Assembly: GCA_964016885.1 (NCBI GenBank)
Contig: OZ024742.1
Location: 208,692,001 to 208,756,000, forward strand
Origin: Eledone cirrhosa
Lineage: Eukaryota
Direction: 5' to 3'
DNA: 64,000 bases
Shown here one piece after another: positions 11,437 through 24,928 of this stretch; within the stretch, counting starts at the first letter, position 1, and every line of letters begins with the position of its first letter. A program made the position numbers and the translations under genes. Below the pieces are notes generated by a model. The model saw nothing but the letters and a program-made list of their open reading frames with translations. It ran no database searches and had not been told where the DNA came from.

Positions 11437-14400
11437 AACGATATCGTCGGGGTCTGACGTCCGGTCGATAGATTTGAAGATGTGCTCTTTACCGGGAATC
11501 TTCTCAATGAGCTACTCGTTAATAAAATTAACCATGGTATTTTTCGGAGGAACGATAGCTCTTTCGCTGAGACAATCGAGGTTTTTAAAGTTAGATGAGA
11601 CATTAGGAAGACTGCTCCCCAAAGGTCAGAAGGACTACTCACAATGTTGCCCAGGGAGTCAATTGCTATGCCGCCCTTGTCATCTGCAGGGACCTTGCCC
11701 TCATCAAGTGCTAAAATGTTCTGAGCAAATGCTGCAGAGATGTTGACACCATGCAAATGAGCACGCATATGTGTGCTCAGGTACAAACTCTTCACCTGGA
11801 GCCACCACATGTCCAACCCATCCTCAACGTAGCAAGGTGGTGGCAACGGGTAGTGTCAGAGCTATGCCGTCGTGAACTTCGGTTCCTGGTAGGGCCACCT
11901 AAGACGGATTGGTCTGGCACCCAGCGGTATTAGGGCCGCAAACCGGCAGAAGGGGCTCTGGTGAAAATCCGAGAGGTGTCTGTCCTGGCAACCGGCGGCT
12001 TCGGGTCGTTTATGTCTCTGCGTCTGTGGAGAATCCGCGGCAAACAAGACGTTTTTTCGCCTCGTTCTGGCTATACATGCGGGTTTTGGGGGGGACCGCT
12101 CGTGAATTCACTACTCCCATGACACTTGTTCCATGAATCCTACAAATACGAATTATGAATACGAATTGCCTTCCCGCTACGAACGCAATGCAAAGCAACA
12201 GCGCTCCTACCGCTATGGCTCTAGAGACTACTCCTGCAGTAATCCCGCTCTTCAGACGAAGGAAAGAATTGAGGGTGGCGTGCTGGAACGTTCGAACACT
12301 TCGTGACGACGGTGTCCAGGCACTTACAATGAATGCTCCGCACAGGCACTGCGTTAGTGTCGCTTGCCTTTCAGAAGTTCGACTTCCCGATGTTGGTCAT
12401 ATTCTGATCAAAGTTCCTGGGGAGGACATCTCCTACCACTTGTACCATAGTGGCGTGACTGACAACAGTGGCCTTCACGGGGTTGCTGTAACGCTCAGCC
12501 CCGGTGCGCAAGCGGCTCTGCTGGCGTGGCAGCCGATCTCACACCGACTCGCACTGGTTCGATTGAAAGGTCAAATCTCCAACGTCAGCGTAATTGCCGT
12601 CTACGCTCCCACACTCATGCGGACGAGGCGGACAAGACGCAGTTCTATGCCGAACTCCAAATAACCGTGGTTGGCGTCCCCTCCAGTGATGTCCTCATTG
12701 TCGCTGGGGACTGGAATGCGCTGACGGGGCCGGCTGATGATACAACACCGCATATTCTAGGACGCATCGCCCTAGGCGTACGCTGTGACAATGGTGAACG
12801 GCTCGTGTCCTTCGCGGATGCCAATCGTCTTATTGTCACCAACACCCGGTTCCAAGATCCTCGGCGTCACCTCGTCACGAGGCGATCCAATGACGGAAGA
12901 ACGGCCAATCAGATTGACTACATTCTGGTCAGATCTCGGTGGGCCAGCTCAGTGATGGACTCGCGTGTGTATCGAGGGGCTGATACGGGCAGTGAGCATG
13001 GGTCAGACCATACTCTTGTTCAAGCAAACCTTTTATATGCTGCTGCGGGCGTAACCTCCTCCCAACCGCCAGAAAAGGATCGACATATCGCGACTCAAGC
13101 TTGATGCTGGAAATGCTTTCCGGCTAGAGCTGCGAAACCGATTCCAAATGCTGAGTAACGAAGTGGAACAGCAACCGGAGCAGAAGTGGAACGCGCTCAG
13201 GGCGGCGACGGTTGAGGTGGCCAGAGATCATCTCGGGTCGACCCAAATACGCCATCGGGACTGGCTCTCCAGCGGCACTCTTGAACTCGCGGAAAGGGCG
13301 AGAGTGGTCCGACTCGAGGGTGTACGCAATCTTTGAGATCTCCGGGCCGATCGGAATGCACATTGGCGCGAGTTTGCGGAGCAGACGGAGAGGGCAGCAG
13401 CTTGTGTCGAGTCGCACAAGCTCTACCAACTGGTGAAGCGTGCCAGCCGAAGCAGTACGGGTATCAGTGAGACGATCCGTGATCGGAACAGGGCGGTCAT
13501 TACCAATCTTAATGACCGGCTAGTCCGATGGCGGGACCATTTCTCCGAGCTGCTCAACCACCCGCCACCACCCATGACAACCTACGTGCATCCTTCCGGA
13601 GAAGAATACGGGTGCAGATCTGCCCCTCCAACGGTCGAGGAGGTACGTAGTGTCCTGACACATCTCCGGAACAACAAGGCGCCGGGCGAAGATGGCGTTA
13701 CATCTGAGGTCTACAAGGCCAAGCCGGATGTCTTCGCAGTTTGGCTCCATTGAGTCTTCTCCTCTGTGTGGACGACGGAGCGGTTCCCTGGTGACTGGAG
13801 CAAGGCAACTCTCCTACCTTTTTTTCAAAAAAGGCGACAGGAAACTGTATTCTAACTACAGGGGTATCAGTTTAATTGACGTTGCTGCCAAAACCTTCGC
13901 AACTCTTCTGCTGAAGAGGTTCCAGGCCATCCCTGTTGTCCGTACCCGTCCTTCCCAGGGCGGCTTCCGCCCGGGGAGGGTGTGTGTTGGTCAAATCTTC
14001 AATCACCGGCGTGTCCTGGTACAACGGTGGGCACATCAACAGCCTACCATCCTCTGCTTCATCAACTTTGCAGCTGCCTTCGACTCGTTAGATCGGGAAG
14101 CCCGCTGGCGTATAATGCAGGCGGACGGCATCCCAGTGAAGGTGCTTCGTCTCATACAAGCCTACTACCTGTCGACTCTGGCTCGATGAGAGTCTATGGT
14201 GGGGAGACGGAGTCGTTCGATGTTGGGACCGGTGTTCGGCAGGGGTGTGCGCTATCGCCAACTCTTTAACTACACCATTGACTACACTCTCAACACAGCG
14301 CTCCGGGATTACCCGGGCGTAGAGATAGGGAGGGGGATCATGGTGACGGACCTGGCCTACGCGGATGACATCGTGCTGATGGGCGCTAACGGGACAAATG

Positions 14401-17400
14401 TACAAGGTGCTCTCGAAAGGGTGCACACTGCAGCCGCTGCTTTTGGTCTACGAAACAATGATGCCAAGTTGAATGTCATGACGCCACTGGTCTCGCCTGA
14501 TGCCTAGCAGACATTATCTTTTAAGGGCCTGGACCTGGAGGATGTGGAGTCCTTCGTTTACCTGGGCTCAACAGTGGTTCCAACGGGACAGGGCGCAGCC
14601 GAGGTCAAGCGTCGCATAGATTGTGCCAGATCCGCTTTTGGGCGCCTCCAGAGGTGTCTGTGAGACACAAGAGAGATCACCTCGGCGACCAAAGGGCGAA
14701 TCTACTAGGCCGTCGTTCGCACTATTCTCCTCTATGGCTGTGAAACATGGCCTATGATGGTAGTCGATCAACAAGGGCTAGAGGTCTTCGACAATGACTG
14801 TCTCCGCTGCATTCTTCGCTGCCGACGCGTTGATCGGGTACCTACCACCAGTCTTCTTCTTCGCCTAAATCTTCGACCCCTTCCTTCAGTGCTTCTAAAA
14901 TGGCGCTTGAGATGGGTTGGTCACGCGGCCCGGCGCGCTGATGGTGAGCTGATCCGCGATGTTCTCCTCCCACCTTCACTCCCTAACTAGCGCAAGCGCG
15001 TTGGCGGGCAGCTGAAGACCTGGGCAACGACGATCAAGGAGGACCTCTCCGAACTCTCAGGTCCGCAGGTGGTCTGCCTGCGCCGATGGAACCGTGAGTG
15101 GCTCGCTATCTTCAGTGACCTAGCCTGGGACCGTCGTGTGTGGGCTGCCATGGTTCGGGATTCCGTCAGGACAAGGGAAGAAGCCGGCTCAACTTTTCCA
15201 GGGTGAATGTCGACACAAGTACAAGTACAAGTAAGTACAACATAGACGCCTTAAGGCAGGCATGCACGTTATCAGCTCTTGTCCCTTTGGGGATGACAGG
15301 CAGCGTTTACCGAACATCCCAGAAGAGGTACGCCACCCATAGGAGCCATAGAATCATCCCTAATGTCTTTGAGGGTTCCGTCCAATGCCTCAAGGGCACC
15401 CTTGTGTGCCATTGCGCACTCATCCCTAACAATGAGGCAACATTTTTTGAGAACCAGAGCTTCGTGTGAACTCTTGCTGATATTGCATGTTGGTGTCTCA
15501 GTTTTTACTAAATCCAAGGGGAGTTTAAAGGTTGAATGTGCTGTTCTGCCTCCCGGCTGCAATGTTTTTCTCCTGATGAATCTTAGCGAGAATCAATTTC
15601 GTTACAAAAGTTTTACTGTACCCCCAGGAGCACCGAATAAGTAAATACCCTAAGTCTCATTTTGAACCGCGTCAATGATAGTTAAATAGGCCAACATTTG
15701 GCCCGACAGAAGTTTGGGCTCATTTTCCTCTAAGTATTGGGAGAGATTCGATGTCATATGCTGTTTCCCGCAACAAATCCGGGGTCAACGTGTTAGCTTC
15801 CTCTCTGACGGTTGACGGCAAGCCATACGTCGCCAACTCACTCTCAACCATGTCGAGGAGGGCGTCCACGATATCAATGAGTGCCCTGTTGTAGATAATG
15901 TTGATGTAACCAACTCCCACCGAAGGATACTGCAGATGAGCCAGGCGCTGGAAGTCCTCAGACATGAAGTCTCTGTACTTTTCCCATAAAGATTTAGGAT
16001 CACCCAATTCACACTTTTGAAGCAAAATGGCAAAGAGTTCCCGTAGACCTTTAGGTGATTTGAACAAAGCACCCTCTGCTAAAGTGGAATCCCATTGCGA
16101 ATCATCTTACAAAAGACCACGTTTAAAGCAGGCTTCCCGGGTCGTATCACATATTTCTCCATCAACAGTTTTGAGCTCCTAAAAACTTTGTAGGCCTACA
16201 ACTTCATACAGAAGAAGGCGGAGATGAAAGCATTCATACTGACTTGGGGGCAGTGTAAACCCTTCCAAGACAGCTGTGAAATTTTACACCAGGATGTCTT
16301 TCAACAGCCTGACCTGACTTTCTTCCCACCCAAGTGATTTTCGACCATATAAAGTAGGATCGAACCTGGGGGTACACAATTGTTTGCGCAAATGTATCGA
16401 ACTGGCAAAGTTTGAAGAAACCCGTCAGAGTGGTCTCTTTCGGATCGGCCGCCAACTTGGCGGCGGTTTGGTCCGTAAAGTAAACCCTTTGCCCATTTTC
16501 CAAATATACCGCAAGCTGTACGATGGCGGGGTGCCGTTGGTGTAGGGGTAAACCAGATAGGCGCCAAAAAGCTTCATTGGTACTGATGTAGCGCCCCACC
16601 AGTTATTCTGTGACCTCGTCCCTGCTATTTTCAGCTTGAAATGAGAACATTGCGGCGTCAGAGCCCTTATTTACATATTTGCATATGTATTTTATCGACT
16701 TGATGGAGTTGCAAAATTCAACGTTGATGTGGGCGTTGAACATCTTCAAGAGCAGCGGGCAGTAAGGGACCACCCATCTATTGTTGACTTGCGCTCCCTT
16801 TACTGTTGTGGGGAAGCCACCGTTCTCGGGCCGTCTCTGCCTGTACAAGGGGTACCCGTTGCCACCAGTCTGAGTCTGGTCAAACACGTGTGATGCTCAT
16901 TAGAATCAGACGCACACGGACCATGTTAGCTTTGACGATGTCATGTAATTCCTGGTCAGTTGCTGGGTTAGGGATTTCAGCTGAAATGAAGCAGTCTATG
17001 GCATTTGAATTAATTTTATCATCTAACCAATCAAAATGTGAGCATGTAGCAGCCCTCGTTTTTGCCATTCGACTGTGAACATGTCACATTTTATAGCCCC
17101 AAATACCTGACCCTTTTTGATTAAAGCCATGAGTTTAGCCAGTTTCAGTCTGAACACTCTGGCAATGAGGTTATGTCTGTTCGAATAATTTTGCCCAGGA
17201 AAAAGTTCTCGATTCATATGTCTATAGCATTAATCTGTTATATGAAGTGTTATTTTGCGTATTGTTATTTGTAATAAGCCGATTAAAAATGCCCCAGATA
17301 AGCCGTATGTCAATACAGAACGCTCAATACGGAACGCCCTACTGCAGTGTTATCATATAGGGAATGAAGAGCGACAGAGAGAGTAAAGTAGTTAAATTAT

Positions 17401-17704
17401 AGAGAGAGGGAATTTACGGAACGCTCCATTTGATCATACACATTGTTTCTCTCTCTGCAGTGTTGTCATATAGGGAGTGAAGAGCAACAGAGAGAGTAAG
17501 GCAGTTAAATTATAGAGAGGGGGAATGATCATGATCGATTATTGCCCTTATTGTTGATGGATTTGAAATTTTCTTTCTTCGTGACCTTTTCCTGACCAAA
17601 AGCAATAATTGTGCCGACTTTGAATAGAATCCGTTGGAAATTGTGGACGTGAATCCGTTACAAACCTTAACACAGACATCCTCATATTTATATATATAGA
17701 TAGA
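11437..17704 (-). mobile_element. Helitron H1 (Rep/PIF1 helicase remnant) split by an RTE insertion
   Basis: EWQKRGLLHAH, HINVEFCNSIKSIKYICKYVNKG, GGRTAHSTFKLP; helicase resumes left of the RTE (WLQVKSLYLSTHMRAH, 11437-11810); TCTATATATATAAA-type 5' end near 17700. Confidence 0.85.
11811..15236 (+). mobile_element. Full-length RTE-clade LINE (APE + RT), degraded, GC-rich
   Basis: CWNVRTL, LSEVR, GDWNA, SDH, NYRGISL, GVRQGCALSP, LAYADD; (ACAAGT)n 3' tail; probable 7-bp TSD ACCACAT/ACAACAT (11804-11810, 15237-15243). Confidence 0.9.
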
Positions 17705-17874
17705 GTTTTATTTTAAGCTGTAAATTATAATCAATGTGGTGTGTTAACTGACTTACCAATGTATACAGTGAGTTTATTTGCCCTAGGTGTCAGGAAGACA
17801 CTCGGCATACATCAGAAACGATAGTGATGGAAAAGAAAAACAACATCAATAATAATAATAACTGAGTATTTATA

Positions 17875-18214
17875 AAAACCTGGAAATGAAGTTTGGAAAA
17901 CTGTGGAAGTTGAGAACTAAAACAATACCACTGGTTGTAGGCGCTTTAGGAATAATACCTAAAGAATCTAATGATTACTTATTCCAAATCCCAGGGAACA
18001 CGCGTATAGAAGAAATACAAAAGATAGTACTAATGGGAACCTCCCATATACTAAGTAACTTTATGTCAATATAAATACATCACAAGTGTAAACACCTACA
18101 GAAACATGTGTGTGTGTGTGTGTTCTTTCTCGAAAATGGCGTACCTTATTGTCTCTTGGAGTCACTGGTTGTGACTTGGTGATAATACATATAAACATAA
18201 AGCAACGTGAAAGA
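17875..18214 (+). mobile_element. R4/Dong subfamily B 3' fragment followed by (AAT)n
   Basis: KLWKLRTKTIPLVVGALG..QKIVLMGTSHIL; 3'UTR like 43925-44064; (AAT)n 18215-18261. Confidence 0.85.
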
Positions 18215-18262
<48 letters not shown>

Positions 18263-18269
18263 TCCAATA

Positions 18270-18460
18270 CATACACACATAGAGATCAAAGCCAACCTAC
18301 CAGATATTATAGTTAAAGACCGCAAAGATGAAAAAATGCCTTCTAATAGATGTATCTATCCCCCAAAACGATAATATATCTTCCAACGAAATTCTACAGA
18401 TATAAAGATCTAGAGATAGAAATAACTCGAATGTGGAAAATGAAAACATAAACAATCTTA
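18270..18460 (+). mobile_element. RLE endonuclease remnant of another Dong-like element
   Basis: Manual translation KANLPDIIVKD..CLLIDVSIP..YKDLEIEITRMWKMK. Confidence 0.6.
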
Positions 18461-18674
18461 ACTATAATAAAGAGAGGAGTGCGGGACTGCGTCTAGAATA
18501 TATATTGTTTATCGCGTTTATGAAATAAGGTGGATTACTTTGATTAAATAATGAATGAATATTACATAATTTATGTACTAAATTTCGTAAATCTTGATTA
18601 AATATAAATAATTTTATTGCTTATTTAAAGATTCACTTCTTTTAAAAGATTCAAATGTTAATACTTCCGGTATG

Positions 18675-21220
18675 TCTATACTATATATATATATAGAGAG
18701 AGAAAATGATAGAGATAGATAAAGCGATTTGGATTTTTTCAACACGCTGATTTGTATGTGTGTGCGTGTGTGTATGTATGTTGTTGAAATGACAGTCTCT
18801 GAAAATGTGAATATTGTCCTACATGCTGACAAAGTAAAACCCACTGATTTTTATTTAATTTTGATACAGCATCAGGTCTGTTGGATGTTATCATTCATAA
18901 AAGTGATGGTGCTCTTCAGAGGATTCATCTGTTGCACCATTCTTATGATCCTCTGCATTATGTGCTACTGTTTCCTTGGTGGAATGATGGGTTTCAGGTT
19001 GGTTTGAAAAGGATTGACAACCACACACTCACACCCACTGATTTCTACTGTTATCGGTTTCAGATTAGGCTAGGTAACGGTAACATTATCAAGAAGAGCA
19101 GGCGGCTGATGCAACAATATGCTGTAGATGCCCAGGCAAAAATAGAAGATTGTCGCCTCAAATGGGCCCGCAACAATCAAACCATCATACGAGCTGAAAA
19201 GTATGAGGGTTTGTATGATGCTGTGGCGGAAGGATATTTAGTAAATGCAGGCCGGAGAATTGTTCTTCCTCCTTCAATCTTTGGTTCCCCTCGCTTCTAC
19301 AATGAGTGCATTCAAAATTCGATGACTAAGGTTCGACACATGGCAAAGCCATCTTATTTCATAACAGCACCAAGTCACCCTAACTGGGATGAAATATAAA
19401 ATAGTTTGCATCCTGGTGAAGAACCTAGAGACCGTCCTGATATTTGTGCAAGAGTCTTCAAGATTAAATATGACAGCTTCATGGATGACATACTGCAAAC
19501 AAATGTCTTAGGAAAAGTTGTATCTTATTCTGTTACAATAGAGTGGCAGAAACGAGGACTCACTCATGCTCATATTCTGCTGATAATGGCTGAAGATAGC
19601 AAGCCCAAAACTTCTGATGCCATTGATCAGGTACTGTACTGTGAGATTCCTGATAAAGAGATCAATCCAATTCTGCATACGACCATCACATCCTGCAACA
19701 TTCAAGGGCCACGTTGACAAGCAAATATGATGTGTTCATGTATGGAAGGGCTAGGACAACAACGCCAATGTTCAAAAGGTTATCCTAAGACATTCAGACA
19801 AACCACATTTGTTGCCGAAAATTCCTTTCCGGAGAAGAAGGGATAGACAGTATGGTTATCATACCAATACAATTCAACCTAAAGGTCAAGAATTTACTGT
19901 TGATAATCGTTAGATTGTTCAATACAACCCTTTCCTCTCATTGAGATATCAGTGCCACATTAATTGTGAGGTTGTCCACAGTGTCCAGGCTGTTAAGTAC
20001 TTATATAAGTACATCACAAAAGGATCAGACAAGATCACTTTCACTATTAAGGATGATCAAGGAAATTGTGTCCATGCCCAAAATTAGATTGAGACCTATA
20101 TCAATGCAAGGTACATCACAACCAGTAACGCATTCTGGAGAATCTATAAATTTCCATTATATCATCGCAAACCCCCAGTTGAAAAGTTCCCTTTCCATTT
20201 ACCTGGGGAACAAATGGTCGTGAATGAGCGAGGACAGGAAGAAAGTGTTGTTTTCTAGGGGACAGTCAATGACTAAGTTGAAGAATATTTTGAACTGAAT
20301 ATTAGAGGCCCACTGGCACAAAACGTATTGTATATTGATATTCCTAAATATTTCACTTGCACAAACAAAAAGTGGCCAAGAAGAAAAAAAGGACATCTGG
20401 ATGGTGATCAACAATTTATGAGTGAATCTCTTGGACGCATTCCAACAGTATCTCTCAGTAGACATCAATCTGAATTATATTATCTCAGGATGATCCTACA
20501 TCACAAGGCTGGGTCAACTTCATACACAGATTTGAGGACAATTGAAGGATTTGAATTTCAAACATTCCAAGAAGCATGCAGGAAACTTGGTCTGTTGGAT
20601 TAAGATGGAGAAAAAGACAAAGCTATGGAAGAGGCCTCATCCATTACGCTTGGTCCTCAGCTGTGAAAGATCTTCTGCACCATTTTATTGTACTACAAGC
20701 CAAATGACCTTCTGTACTTCTGGGAGAAATGGAAGAATTGTCTTGCAGAGGATATCATGCATGAACGTCGTGAGCAAGTCATGTCCATGCAAACCGTGCA
20801 GATTGTTCTACAGAAGATCCAACAAAGAATTCGACATGATGGCTTGGACATTCATGCCAACTATGGGCTTCCTCGGTAAGACCCAACCATCGTTGCCATA
20901 CCAGAAATCAACAGGGTTCTTATGGCAGAAACTGATTTCAATACACACCAACTGTAAGCAAACATAAATGAACTTTTGCCAACATTGAATCCTGAGCAAC
21001 TGGTTATTTTTCCACAAAGTAATCACCCCAGTAAATGAATTTTCTGCTTGAATGTGCAGACACAGGAAAGTGCTTGAATGTGCAGACACAGGAAAGACCA
21101 TATTGAATTATCTCCCATCTAAAAAAAATTGCACTTACCACTGCTATATATGGAATAGCAGCCACCTTGCTTCGCAAAGGTAGAAAACTTCATTCCAAGT
21201 TCTAGATTCCTATCATTATC
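18675..21220 (+). mobile_element. Helitron H2 (Rep + start of helicase), degraded, different family from H1/H3
   Basis: SYDPLHYVLLFP, LPPSIFGSPR, EWQKRGLTHAHILL (HUH motif), YYLRMILHH, TFQEACRKLGLL; TCTATACTATAT-type start. Confidence 0.85.
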
Positions 21221-21324
21221 TGTATATATCAGTCCTGAATCTTTTTATATTAACCACTCTACTACCACAAGTATCGAGTACTCTGGTGCGTGATGATCCT
21301 CCTGGTACTCTACCACACCTTTTT

Positions 21325-21327
<3 letters not shown>

Positions 21328-21363
<36 letters not shown>

Positions 21364-21402
21364 GGCTAAATTTGTGTATGTATATATATATATGTGTGTG
21401 TG

Positions 21403-21483
<81 letters not shown>

Positions 21484-21500
21484 ATGTATATATATATATA
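21328..21500. repeat. (TA)n/(TG)n microsatellite
   Basis: Seen directly. Confidence 0.95.
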
Positions 21501-21798
21501 AACAGTCAAATTTTGAACAAGAAAGATTGGAAAAAACTCACTCAAGCATTTGATTTTAATTTTAAATCTTTAATTTTTAGTTTTTAACTCCTATTAATTC
21601 TTTTTAATTGTCATTTCAATACTTAACATTACATCGAAACCGGTAATACTTTCACTACTACTTTATATATATTATAAAACTTTTTTAAAAAAGGATTGTC
21701 CCTCTCATTTTTTCAATAATGTCACTTTGACGAATCAAAGAAAGGATAAAAAAAGAAAAACAGACCCTTAAATATATTTTCCGTGCTATTTCCAATTT

Positions 21799-21911
<113 letters not shown>

Positions 21912-22247
21912 AAATGATGACACATTCCGGGTGTGTGACCTACGAGCGTGTGTTTCTTATACTTCTTTTAAATCAACATCTACTTCACATTTTTTACAGT
22001 TTGTTTGTATAAACTTGCATATGCTTCACAGCCAATTTTGAGTTACAACGTCGCTTAAGGCATATATTATCGTCTGGTTTACATTTTAACGTTATAAGAA
22101 CAAGCTGGCAAAAAATATTTGTCCTGTCTCTCAACACCCCAGTTTGGTTTTGTCATCTAACATATCTGACATTCTTTTCCAGTTTATTTTCCAGATAAAA
22201 CCATTCAAGTAAAACAATCTGGAATAGATTACAGGCGACACTCTTAC

Positions 22248-22299
22248 CAACACAGAATAACAACCAAAAAGGCGGATAAAATGTCGACGAACATATCAT
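22248..22299 (-). CDS. Candidate first coding exon of a host gene (signal-peptide-like)
   Basis: ATG(22294) MFVDILSAFLVVILC or ATG(22299) MICSSTFYPPFWLLFCV, then a G|GTAAG donor; CCAAT box about 55 nt upstream; lies in an apparently repeat-free island. Confidence 0.35.
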
Positions 22300-23099
22300 G
22301 AAAGCAATGGAATGTTCCCAGTTCATCTACGCGTAAACATTTAACGGCCATTGGCTGGATGTAAACTGAGAGCAGCCGGATAAAATAAGCTGTAAAAGAA
22401 TCTGTCTAAAACACTACAGATTAGTTATTTCGTTCGGCCGTGATACTTTTTTTTTTTTTAAGACATTTCGTTTTGTTTTTTTTTCGTTATAGTTCTATTT
22501 TCAATGTTAGTGTTTATTTGCTTAATTCTACCCTAATGTGAGTCCCAACCGAATAACATTGCTGCTTCTAATTATATAAGAGAACTACTAAACTATATAT
22601 CAATAGATTTCACATTTAGCTCTTGAAATCGTGACTCTCATGACATCCATTTGAAAATCTTCAAGTAATTGGAACCAGAAGATATTGGTGTGTCTTGCTT
22701 TTTATTGCTGTTAATGTTACTCCTGTTCGTTGTGATAAAATCATAACGCACTAGTGTTATGGACCTCCTCTAGCAAACGAATATTGAAGAAAACTGTACA
22801 ACAACTTTTAGAGAGCTATATTTAGATTTCTGAAACTTAATTTATAGAAGCAGAAGACACATTGTGAAACTCTATGTATATTTCTTATTAGTTTGTCCTC
22901 AGCCAGATTATCTTTAGATTTAAATTGAATTTTTAGCTTCTGTATAAATATGGAACTGTACAATGCTTCGCATAAACTATAACTACATTGTTATTTTACT
23001 GAAAAACAAACACCTAACAAACCTCAACTATTTCTCACATTTAACATATCAAATATGACACACATTTCCCAGGATTTAATCATCATTATTTAATGTATG

Positions 23100-23289
23100 A
23101 AGGGCGGTGGATTGGGAGTATCGATAGAGGGTCTGGCCCCATGATTTGAAGAATAAAGTTACATCCCTTTACGGTCTGAGTTCAAATCCCGCCGAGGTTA
23201 ACTTTTCCTTTTATCCTTACAGAGTCGATAAAATAAAGTATCAGTAATGTACTGGGATATTTGGTGGCCTCGTACCAAAAGTAGAAACG
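23100..23289 (+). mobile_element. Full-length tRNA-derived SINE with 15-bp TSD
   Basis: TSD ATTATTTAATGTATG at 23085-23099 and 23290-23304; B-box GAGTTCAAATCCC. Confidence 0.9.
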
Positions 23290-23519
23290 ATTATTTAATG
23301 TATGGATCAAATGTTTCCCCGCTTTTACGCCATCTTGTGTATTCTTTGTGATATGTCTCAGATTTTCCAAATGACTTTGCCACTGTTAGAGAAAGTGGAT
23401 TACACAATGCATTCACAATACATAGTTAGTGTATATCAAGTTAGTGCTTGCATGGAACACAACATTATACTCTGTATATATATATTCACTTCTGTTTGAT
23501 TTATTTTCTCTCACTTTTT

Positions 23520-24348
23520 TCTGTCCCCAGTAACTTACGCAGTTATTGACGCACTGGGGACAGACATGTTGTCTTTAATGCGTTGAATCGTCCGAGAGCC
23601 TCAACAGACAACTGAAGTGGGGACCTGTCTTTTGTTTGTGCCTTCCTTTCATTTCTAAATACACTTTATCAGTGACGACGCAGCACTTGTTTCTTCTAAA
23701 TTTTTATTCATTTTTTGTTATGACCTATTCTGTTCTCTCGATTCTCTCCCTTGTGGTTATTGTTAACTCTTTTCCTTCCTCCCTGTCCCTTTCTTTCTTT
23801 CCCTTTCTTTCTCTCCCTTCCTTCTTCTCCCTTTCTCTCTCTCTCTCTATCTCACTCTTCCACTTACTTATCCTCTCTTTCTCTCTGCTCCATCCATTAC
23901 TACTTCCGTTTTCTGTCGTCTCACTTTCTTTTCGCTGCTCCCGCCGAGGTTAGACGTGTTATTCTTTGCTGTAAAAAGGCCCCAGACTTATGCCCAAACC
24001 ACCGGTTTAACTTCCCCTCTCTCTTTCCTCTGGTTACTTTCCCCTGGTTACATGTGCTACTCCTGGTGCCCTGCCCCTCTCTCTATCGATATGTTTTCTG
24101 CGTTTTTTTCTGGTCTTTTTTTTTTTCATTTTTCACATCTGTTTAATTCATTTTCTCTCTCTCTTTTCTCTATCCAATAACCTACTCAGTTACTGACGCA
24201 CTGGGGATAGAGGTATTGTCTTTAATGCGTGCGTTGAAACATCCGAGAACCCCGGCAAACAACTGAAGAGAGAACCCGTCTCTTGTTTGCGCTATCTTTT
24301 CATTTTAAAATACACTTTATCAGTGACCACACGTCACGTTGTTCCTTC

Positions 24349-24351
<3 letters not shown>
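23520..24351. mobile_element. Non-coding element bounded by diverged ~170-bp direct repeats (pLTR-like), abutting (TA)n
   Basis: 23530-23700 similar to 24178-24350; pyrimidine-rich interior. Confidence 0.5.
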
Positions 24352-24397
<46 letters not shown>

Positions 24398-24399
24398 TA

Positions 24400-24701
24400 T
24401 CTTTTAGGCCTCTAAGGTATTCCTGGCCTCTATATGGGTTTTTTTAAATTCAATGTTCCGTACTATATTTATAATTTCATTTTCAAAATTAGCTAGGAGT
24501 TTGTTATATGGAGAATTATTTTCTAGATCGAAAAATAAGATCAAAATTATGATTCGTGTTTTTCTTATCAATTTTTTCTTTGTTTTCGAAGAGGAAAGCA
24601 CACCACCGCAGTCTTCTTATGAGAGAGTTGGATTTCTCAATAAGCCCTCTCATATATTCATCATTTGATGGTAGTGGTATACCCTTGAGGGATGTAGAAA
24701 T

Positions 24702-24705
<4 letters not shown>
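24400..24705 (-). mobile_element. PLE N-terminal ORF remnant between two (TA)n tracts
   Basis: SLKGIPLPS..LIEKSNSLIRRLRWCAFLF is homologous to the N-terminus of ORF 27385-28860. Confidence 0.7.
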
Positions 24706-24744
<39 letters not shown>

Positions 24745-24801
24745 TTGAAATAAAATGAAAATGAAATTTCATTTCTCACTCTTAGTACGGCACTTACTTA
24801 A

Positions 24802-24856
24802 ATGTAAGTATGTGTGTATACGTACATACATATATGTATACAGACGTACAGTAGCA

Positions 24857-24928
<72 letters not shown>

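Noticed and set aside
21290-21587. [10 protein letters not shown] ORFs (also near 24755, 31972, 45791, 57789, 63167)
   Set aside because: Stop-free translation of (TA)n/(TG)n microsatellites
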